A stretch of 24,000 bases of DNA, from positions 81,867 through 105,866 of the forward strand of contig NZ_REGE01000005.1 in assembly GCF_003688935.1 (NCBI RefSeq). The letters run 5' to 3'. The DNA comes from Corynebacterium macginleyi (GTDB taxonomy: Bacteria > Actinomycetota > Actinomycetes > Mycobacteriales > Mycobacteriaceae). The translations under genes and the position numbers were made by a program. Shown here piece after piece: positions 18,537 through 24,000 of the stretch. Under the pieces are notes generated by a model. It saw only the letters and a program-made list of their open reading frames with translations. It searched no databases and was not told the DNA's origin. The stretch's first letter is position 1. Each line of letters starts with the position of its first letter.

Positions 18537-19321
18537 TTTCTTACCTATCCGACATGGACGGCGTACTCATTAAGGAAGGGGAAATGATCCCCGGTGCCGA
18601 TAAATTCATTCAGGCGCTAAAAGATAACAATATTGAATACATGGTGCTAACTAACAACTCCATGTCCACCCCGCGCGACTTGGCAGCACGCCTGCGCAAT
18701 ACCGGCCTGGATATCCCGGCCGAGCGCATCTGGACCTCCGCCACAGCGACGGCCAATTTCTTGGCTACCCAAGCCAGCTCCAGCAAAGCCTACGTCGTGG
18801 GAGAGTCCGGCCTGACCACCGCGCTCCATGAGGCCGGTTGGATCCTCACCAACGACGACGCAGACTTCGTGGTACTTGGAGAAACCCGCACCTACTCCTT
18901 TGAGGCCATTACCACAGCTATCAACCTCATCCGCAACGGTGCCCGTTTCATAGCCACCAACCCGGATGTTACGGGACCTGCTCCCGAGGGCGTCCTCCCG
19001 GCGACCGGCGCGGTAGCCGCATTGATCACCGCCGCTACCCACCGCGAGCCCTACTACGTAGGAAAGCCCAATCCAGTCATGATGCGCTCAGCGCTCAACC
19101 ACATAGGCGCGCACTCTGAAAACACCGTCATGATTGGTGACCGCATGGATACCGATGTAAAGGCGGGCTTAGAAGCAGGTATGCGCTCGATTTTGGTGCG
19201 CTCCGGCATTTCAGACGATCGCGAAATCTCCCGCTACCCTTACCGTCCGACCGCTATATTCAAATCGGTGGCAGAACTCCCGGAAAGGATCATGGATCCT
19301 TTCGCCGACGAAGAATCTTAA
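18533..19321 (+). CDS. HAD-IIA family hydrolase (NagD-like)
   Basis: SDMDGVLIKEGEMIPGADKF, YMVLTNNS, IGDRMDTDVKAGLEAGM. Start overlaps the ACP stop (ATGA). Confidence 0.92.
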   Translation: MISYLSDMDGVLIKEGEMIPGADKFIQALKDNNIEYMVLTNNSMSTPRDLAARLRNTGLDIPAERIWTSATATANFLATQASSSKAYVVGESGLTTALHEAGWILTNDDADFVVLGETRTYSFEAITTAINLIRNGARFIATNPDVTGPAPEGVLPATGAVAALITAATHREPYYVGKPNPVMMRSALNHIGAHSENTVMIGDRMDTDVKAGLEAGMRSILVRSGISDDREISRYPYRPTAIFKSVAELPERIMDPFADEES

Positions 19322-19413
19322 ACGATGCCCCCGCCGCGCGACCTAAGTCGTGCGGCTGCGCACATGCGGATTCGCTCGACCCCATTGCTTTCGAGCCGAC
19401 TAACTCATGCGTT

Positions 19414-19827
19414 TTAGCTAAAGCACACGGTGGCACTAAAACCATAGCGCTGGGCAAGGTAAGATACCGCGCTATCCAACGCCGCAAGTTCCATCTCAGT
19501 TCCAGTAAGCACCTGACGACAGCCAATGCCAACGTTTTTCGCCCCGATGCCCGCGGCTGCACCGTAGACGAGCGCCTCCATAGAGATCTCGTCGCGGTAC
19601 CACCGAGTGCACCACAGAGCGGTCAGCAGATCATCTCCTGGGACGATGAACTCCGATTCGGTGCGAATGCACCGATCCATAGCTCGCTCTACTTCTGGGC
19701 GCAGCGAGCGCGGCATCCCAGAAATTTTCAGCACACCTGTAACAACGACGGCCGCACCGTTGCGGCTGGGCCACGCGTAATTGGAGGCTGACTGATGAGC
19801 CGGGACTGTAGTAACGCAAGTATTCAT
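19414..19827 (-). CDS. Hypothetical protein, no family recognised
   Basis: ORF with internal ATG at 19827 (MNTCVTTVPAHQSASNYAWPSRNG...). Good protein-like composition, five Cys, no recognisable domain. Confidence 0.5.
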   Translation of the reverse strand: MNTCVTTVPAHQSASNYAWPSRNGAAVVVTGVLKISGMPRSLRPEVERAMDRCIRTESEFIVPGDDLLTALWCTRWYRDEISMEALVYGAAAGIGAKNVGIGCRQVLTGTEMELAALDSAVSYLAQRYGFSATVCFS

Positions 19828-20353
19828 AGCCGATTTCTCCCTCGACAAACCAGCACTGCGGACCTACACGCGTGGTGTGCGCCGCAATGCAAGACGAGCT
19901 TCGTCTTCCCCTACGAACTGTCTATTGCGTCTGCGCACAATTTTCCCGAGTCACACAACCCTCTTCAACCCTCAACTTTCACTTCAACCCCCAAGTCCTC
20001 AACCTGAACTCGAAGTCTAAACTGTGGCTAAAGTTGTTGAAGGAATTAAAGTTACAAAAGTGAAATTTGAGAGATGTACCCTGAATCTGTTCGTCCCGAA
20101 GCAACTTTTTAGCAAGAGCCACCCACAAGGCGGATACCAGCAGAAACACTTACTCAATAGTGCTCATCCCCTGACACCTCGGCCGAAAACTACCCCACTT
20201 CCCATAGAAGCAAAGCTCTTCATGAGTCACTATTGGTAAACCCATAGCGGGGGTAGCGGGGCACCGCGCCCAACCTCGTCCCCTGCTTTAAAAAAGACGC
20301 ACAGCACCATCGGCGGAGAGATCGATATACATTTATTTTGTTTAAGAAATAGA

Positions 20354-20383
20354 TTGACACGATCCTCACACGCCGCCTATACT
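20354..20383 (+). promoter_or_regulatory. Predicted sigmaA promoter of the 35-aa ORF
   Basis: TTGACA (20354-20359), 18-nt spacer, TATACT (20378-20383), AT-rich stretch immediately upstream. Confidence 0.75.
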
Positions 20384-20388
20384 GTGAT

Positions 20389-20414
20389 GAATTCAAACAA
20401 TCCGGTTTGAATTC
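20389..20414. promoter_or_regulatory. Perfect inverted repeat at predicted transcript 5' end
   Basis: GAATTCAAAC-AATCCG-GTTTGAATTC, 10-bp arms and 6-nt loop, 5 nt after the -10 box. Confidence 0.7.
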
Positions 20415-20438
20415 CCTCCCTACTCAAAGGACTTTCCT

Positions 20439-20546
20439 ATGTTTGACCTTTCTTCTGCTTTCGGATTCCAGGTTCTCTCCCTCGTTGACGGCATCTTCAC
20501 CCAGTTCGCCATGTTCATCGAAGGCCTTGGTCTGCCGGTATTCTAA
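20439..20546 (+). CDS. 35-aa amphipathic small protein (MFDLSSAFGFQVLSLVDGIFTQFAMFIEGLGLPVF)
   Basis: ATG 7 nt after AAAGGA; flanked by near-consensus promoter and strong terminator; codons biased to C-ending forms (six of seven Phe codons are TTC). Absent from the supplied ORF track. Confidence 0.68.
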   Translation: MFDLSSAFGFQVLSLVDGIFTQFAMFIEGLGLPVF

Positions 20547-20559
20547 AAAGAGCAGCTTT

Positions 20560-20595
20560 AAGCTCCCCACTCCACTGGAATGGGGAGCTTTTCCC
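20560..20595 (+). terminator. Intrinsic terminator of the small-ORF transcript
   Basis: AAGCTCCCCA...TGGGGAGCTT 10-bp perfect arms running into a TTTT tract, starting 14 nt after the stop codon. Confidence 0.85.
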
Positions 20596-20629
20596 GTTTT
20601 CCTATCAAGGAAAATCTACGATGGAGTAC

Positions 20630-21424
20630 TTACAGCGCCTGCCAGATCTTCGTATTGGTTTCATTCCACAGCGGCTTTGTCCAGTCACCAAATTCTCGGT
20701 CAGTTAATGCCACCATGGCGTAGTCTCCGGCCAACCAGAGAAAGGTTCCGGACATGCCGAAGTGGCCGGTGGCATCGGTAGGCAAGGCTCCCATCCAGTG
20801 GTCTTTTTCACCGCGAATTTCAAATCCAAGCCCCCAGGTGCAATCCTTAAAGCTTCCGTAGCCGGGCACGATTCCGCGCAAACCAGCAAAATGAACACGG
20901 CGCATATCGGCCACAGTGCTGGGGTGCAGGATCTGCGGGTTTTGGACCTCGGCCGCAAATGCCGCGAGATCCTGCGCGGTAGAGACCAAGCCGTGCCCAG
21001 CCGAACCCTCTAAACGGGTGGAGGACATTCCCAGCGGCTCGCACACACCTTCACGGAGGTACTCCGCAAACTCGATGTCAGTGGCATCTTCAACGATATC
21101 TGCTGCCCACTCATATCCGGCGGAAGAATAAATGCGTCGCTCGCCTACAGGCTTTTGCTGGGCGCGAGAATCGAATTTTACTCCCGCAGCATGAGCTAGC
21201 AGGTGTTCGAGTGTGGAGCCTTCCGGACCAGCAGCCTGGTGCAAATCCACCGCGCCTTCTTCCACGGCCAACAGCACTGCGTAAGCCGACACCAGCTTGG
21301 TAACGGAAGCGACCGGAAATTGGTGCGACGTATCGCCTACCGTGTCTATAACCTCGCCACAGTGGATCAACGCTCCGGCCACAGTATCTACGGGCCATTG
21401 ACTTATCTGCTGCAATTCGCTCAT
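20630..21424 (-). CDS. Serine hydrolase, beta-lactamase/D,D-peptidase-like family
   Basis: FPVASVTKLVSAYAVLLAVEEG (SxxK), YSSAGYEWAADIVE, LEHLLAHAAG; start taken at internal ATG (MSELQQISQWPVDTV). Confidence 0.9.
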   Translation of the reverse strand: MSELQQISQWPVDTVAGALIHCGEVIDTVGDTSHQFPVASVTKLVSAYAVLLAVEEGAVDLHQAAGPEGSTLEHLLAHAAGVKFDSRAQQKPVGERRIYSSAGYEWAADIVEDATDIEFAEYLREGVCEPLGMSSTRLEGSAGHGLVSTAQDLAAFAAEVQNPQILHPSTVADMRRVHFAGLRGIVPGYGSFKDCTWGLGFEIRGEKDHWMGALPTDATGHFGMSGTFLWLAGDYAMVALTDREFGDWTKPLWNETNTKIWQAL

Positions 21425-21564
21425 AGCTTTCAGTCTACTGTTCATCATGGCCCCTAAATGCGGCGTCCTGGTTGGTACGGAAGTAAACCCGTGGTTACTG
21501 AAAAGGGAATTTTTGGTGTAATGTGGCGTGAGCGGTTGCAGACCCTTCCAATCCTAGAAAACTT

Positions 21565-23271
21565 ATGAATATGACTAGCATGAATCACAGCGCCCAAACA
21601 GAGATGTCTAATGTCAACCGCCGCAAATTCCTCAAAACTAGCGGCACGGTCGGCGCCGCATTAGCGTTCACCACCACTGCGAGCACAACGCAGGCCACCA
21701 CTGCTCATGCACAAAGCAGCCTATCTTCACGCCCAGAACCACAGATGATAGAGCCCGCGCCCGGTGAACATCCCTTCCTGCACGGAGTAGCGTCGGGTGA
21801 TCCTATTCCAGATTCCGTTGTTCTGTGGACTCGTGTGACGCCAGATCTGGATGCGATGCCTGGCTCTGGTGCGGGTGCGCCCACCACAGTGGTATGGGAG
21901 ATTGCGCGGGATGAGGAGTTTAGGGACATCATCAAGCGCGGCGAAGTAACCACCGATCCTGCACAGGACCACACGGTCCACGTGGATCCTCACGGCCTTG
22001 AACCAGAAACCGTGTATTACTTCCGCTTTCATGCCCTAGATAGGATCTCCCCCGTGGGCCGCACCAAAACTGCACCAGCGGTGACTGCATCCCCAAAGGA
22101 GCTAACCTTCGGTGTAGCCAGCTGTGCCAACTGGGAGTCCGGCTTCTTTCAAGCCTACGGCGATATCGCACAGCGCGGACGGTCAGGTCAACTAGATTAT
22201 TTGGTCTTTCTGGGAGACTATATCTACGAATACCCACAACGCGAATACGCCGGTTTTGGTCCAGTGCGTCTACACCACCCCGCGCACGAGATTACGACTC
22301 TGGAAGATTATCGCACGCGCCTAGGTCGCTACCGTACCGATGAAAATCTCCAAGCGGCGCATGCTGCCCTGCCGTGGATCGCAGTATGGGACGACCACGA
22401 AACCGCAAATGATTCTTGGAGGGAAGGCGCCGAAAACCACACGGAGGGAGAAGAAGGCACCTGGATCGATCGCCGAAACGCCGCGATGCAAGCCTACTTT
22501 GAATGGATGCCGGTGCGTGCAAGCAACCCATCCAATAACGGCCATCTCTACCGGAGTTTGACCTTTGGGGATCTCGTAGAACTGACCATGATGGATCTGC
22601 GCACTTACCGCGATAAAAAGGTGACCTTCGGCCCTATCAAGATGTCTGCAGATGGGCGAAGTATGCTCGGCTCGGAGCAATACGAGTGGTTGGTCAATAA
22701 GATCGATACCTCTGCCGCCACATGGAATATGCTGGGCAACTCCGTCATGTTCTCGCCTATGAACCTGGCTACCCTGCAGCATAACGACACGCTAGCCCCT
22801 ATATCGTCCTGTCTATCGTCCAATATCACCGGTATTCCGGTCAATGGCGACCAATGGGATGGCTACTCAGCAGAACGCCGGATGCTAATCGATGTTCTTG
22901 CCAAGAGCGAGTCCCACGCCCTCTTTGTTACCGGCGATATCCACTCCGAATGGGCACACAATGTAAGCAAGGATGGGCACACCTTCGGAGCCGAAATGGT
23001 TTGCTCGTCTATCTCTGCCCCCAATATCAACGAACAGCTTCGCCTTCCCGAGGGCAACAGGCTCTCCAAGTTGGCTGAGCGCTACCTTTTGGAGGCAAAC
23101 CCGCATACACGCCACGTGGACCTCGATCACCACGGATATAGCTATGTCACAATCCGTCCGGATTCTGCGGAAATGCACTGGCTGCGCGTCGAAGATCTCC
23201 TCAACCCCTCCGCACCAGTAAACGAAGCCGTCACGCTAACATGGCGTCCGAATGAGGGGTTTAGCTCTTAA
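21565..23271 (+). CDS. phoD: PhoD-family alkaline phosphatase, Tat-exported
   Basis: Tat signal MSNVNRRKFLKTSGTVGAALAFTTTASTTQA; HPFLHGVASGDPIPDSVVLWTR, VFLGDYIYEY, WDDHETANDSW, VTGDIHSEWAHN. A start at 21604 is also plausible. Confidence 0.92.
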   Translation: MNMTSMNHSAQTEMSNVNRRKFLKTSGTVGAALAFTTTASTTQATTAHAQSSLSSRPEPQMIEPAPGEHPFLHGVASGDPIPDSVVLWTRVTPDLDAMPGSGAGAPTTVVWEIARDEEFRDIIKRGEVTTDPAQDHTVHVDPHGLEPETVYYFRFHALDRISPVGRTKTAPAVTASPKELTFGVASCANWESGFFQAYGDIAQRGRSGQLDYLVFLGDYIYEYPQREYAGFGPVRLHHPAHEITTLEDYRTRLGRYRTDENLQAAHAALPWIAVWDDHETANDSWREGAENHTEGEEGTWIDRRNAAMQAYFEWMPVRASNPSNNGHLYRSLTFGDLVELTMMDLRTYRDKKVTFGPIKMSADGRSMLGSEQYEWLVNKIDTSAATWNMLGNSVMFSPMNLATLQHNDTLAPISSCLSSNITGIPVNGDQWDGYSAERRMLIDVLAKSESHALFVTGDIHSEWAHNVSKDGHTFGAEMVCSSISAPNINEQLRLPEGNRLSKLAERYLLEANPHTRHVDLDHHGYSYVTIRPDSAEMHWLRVEDLLNPSAPVNEAVTLTWRPNEGFSS

Positions 23272-23315
23272 ATATTTAGTGGGCAGTTGTTAACTCCTGC
23301 ACGTTCGAGACAAAA

Positions 23316-23345
23316 AGTGAAATAGCCCCTTTGGGATATTTCACT
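23316..23345 (-). terminator. Intrinsic terminator for the minus-strand oxidoreductase
   Basis: On the minus strand AGTGAAATA-TCCCAAAGGGGC-TATTTCACT then TTTTTG; 9-bp perfect outer helix plus CCC/GGG inner helix. Confidence 0.7.
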
Positions 23346-23393
23346 CTCTATCACTCGCGTGCTCTTTCCCGCCTACGTGCCGCGGACTACGCG

Positions 23394-24000
23394 TTAGTCC
23401 ACGGCAGTTTCATAATCAATGTAGCCGCGCTCGCCACCATCATAGAAGGTAGCCTGATCCGGCTCATTAAGGGCCAGACCTTCTTGCCACCGGCGCACCA
23501 AATCCGGGTTAGCAATGAACTGACGACCCACTACAACGGCATCCACGTAGTCTAATTCCAGCTCGCGCTCGGCATCTTCCTTAGTAGTAACCGTGCTGAA
23601 ACCATCATTCATCAGTACCTTGGTTTTTCCATTAGCGCGAGCCTTCTTTGCCAGGGCCGAGATGAGATCGCCTTCCGGCTGGGCGTGCAGGAAGGATACA
23701 TAAGCTAGGTTCAATGGGGCGATGGCGTCCAGCAGGCCGCCGTAGGTGGCCACCATGTCTGCCTCGTCGTCTTCAACAATGCCTTGCACGAGGTGGGCCG
23801 GGGAGAGGCGCACGCCCACACGGTCAGCACCAATTTCATCTGCGACAGCACGAATTACCATCTCAGGCAGGCGCCAGCGGTTTTCGGGGCTGCCACCAAA
23901 TTCGTCGTCGCGCTGATTAGCAGACGATGCCATGAATTCGTGTAGCAGGTAGCCATTAGCATTGTGAATCTCTACACCGTCAACGCCCGCGTCGACGGCG
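23394..24000 (-). CDS. Alkene reductase / NADH:flavin oxidoreductase (Old Yellow Enzyme family), C-terminal part (runs off right edge)
   Basis: Frame continues through the edge: AVDAGVDGVEIHNANGYLLHEFMASSANQRDDEFGGSPENRWRLPEMVIRAV...GADRVGVRLSP...DYVDAVVVGRQFIANPDL. Confidence 0.93.
   Translation of the reverse strand, partial: AVDAGVDGVEIHNANGYLLHEFMASSANQRDDEFGGSPENRWRLPEMVIRAVADEIGADRVGVRLSPAHLVQGIVEDDEADMVATYGGLLDAIAPLNLAYVSFLHAQPEGDLISALAKKARANGKTKVLMNDGFSTVTTKEDAERELELDYVDAVVVGRQFIANPDLVRRWQEGLALNEPDQATFYDGGERGYIDYETAVD

Noticed and set aside
20024-20239. 71-aa plus-strand ORF in the intergenic region
   Set aside because: No RBS before the start, composition drifts into low complexity, and no domain-like pattern; probably non-coding.
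20407-20781. 124-aa plus-strand ORF overlapping the small ORF
   Set aside because: It starts at a weak TTG within the 5' hairpin, runs through the strong terminator and then antisense to the serine hydrolase. Ser/Pro-rich noise.
22321-22782. 153-aa minus-strand ORF
   Set aside because: Antisense to phoD, whose conserved motifs cover this segment.
1-24000. CRISPR array or tandem repeat array
   Set aside because: No regularly spaced direct repeats were seen at the size expected for CRISPR or minisatellites.

Overview
The window is an actinobacterial chromosomal segment, most likely Corynebacterium, inferred from gene content and order. It is mostly conserved core genes: glnE (partial), glnA2, a DUF2786 protein, a CYTH/CHAD protein, galK, rnpB, an RNase H/phosphoglycerate mutase fusion, a zinc-ribbon protein, a Nif3-like protein, a low-molecular-weight protein tyrosine phosphatase, SURF1, tRNA-Val(UAC), DUF3052, aceE, an acyl carrier protein, a HAD-IIA phosphatase, a serine hydrolase, a phoD-type phosphatase and a partial Old Yellow Enzyme. 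Two places depart from this. (1) 12.93-14.44 kb, abutting the 3' end of tRNA-Val, is a scar of mobile-element debris: an IS481-like N-terminal fragment, a frameshifted ImmA/IrrE-like C-terminus and a frameshifted integrase C-terminus. It surrounds one intact 98-aa putative secreted protein. (2) 20.35-20.60 kb contains a complete monocistronic unit missing from the supplied ORF track: near-consensus -35/-10, a perfect 10-bp inverted repeat at the predicted transcript 5' end, an RBS, a 35-codon ORF (MFDLSSAFGFQVLSLVDGIFTQFAMFIEGLGLPVF) and a strong intrinsic terminator. The peptide is acidic, signal-less and predicted amphipathic. It resembles in style, not by demonstrated homology, the tiny alpha-helical cell-wall channel proteins of corynebacteria. 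This unit is the best candidate for something undescribed. No CRISPR array or recognisable multi-gene defence system was found.
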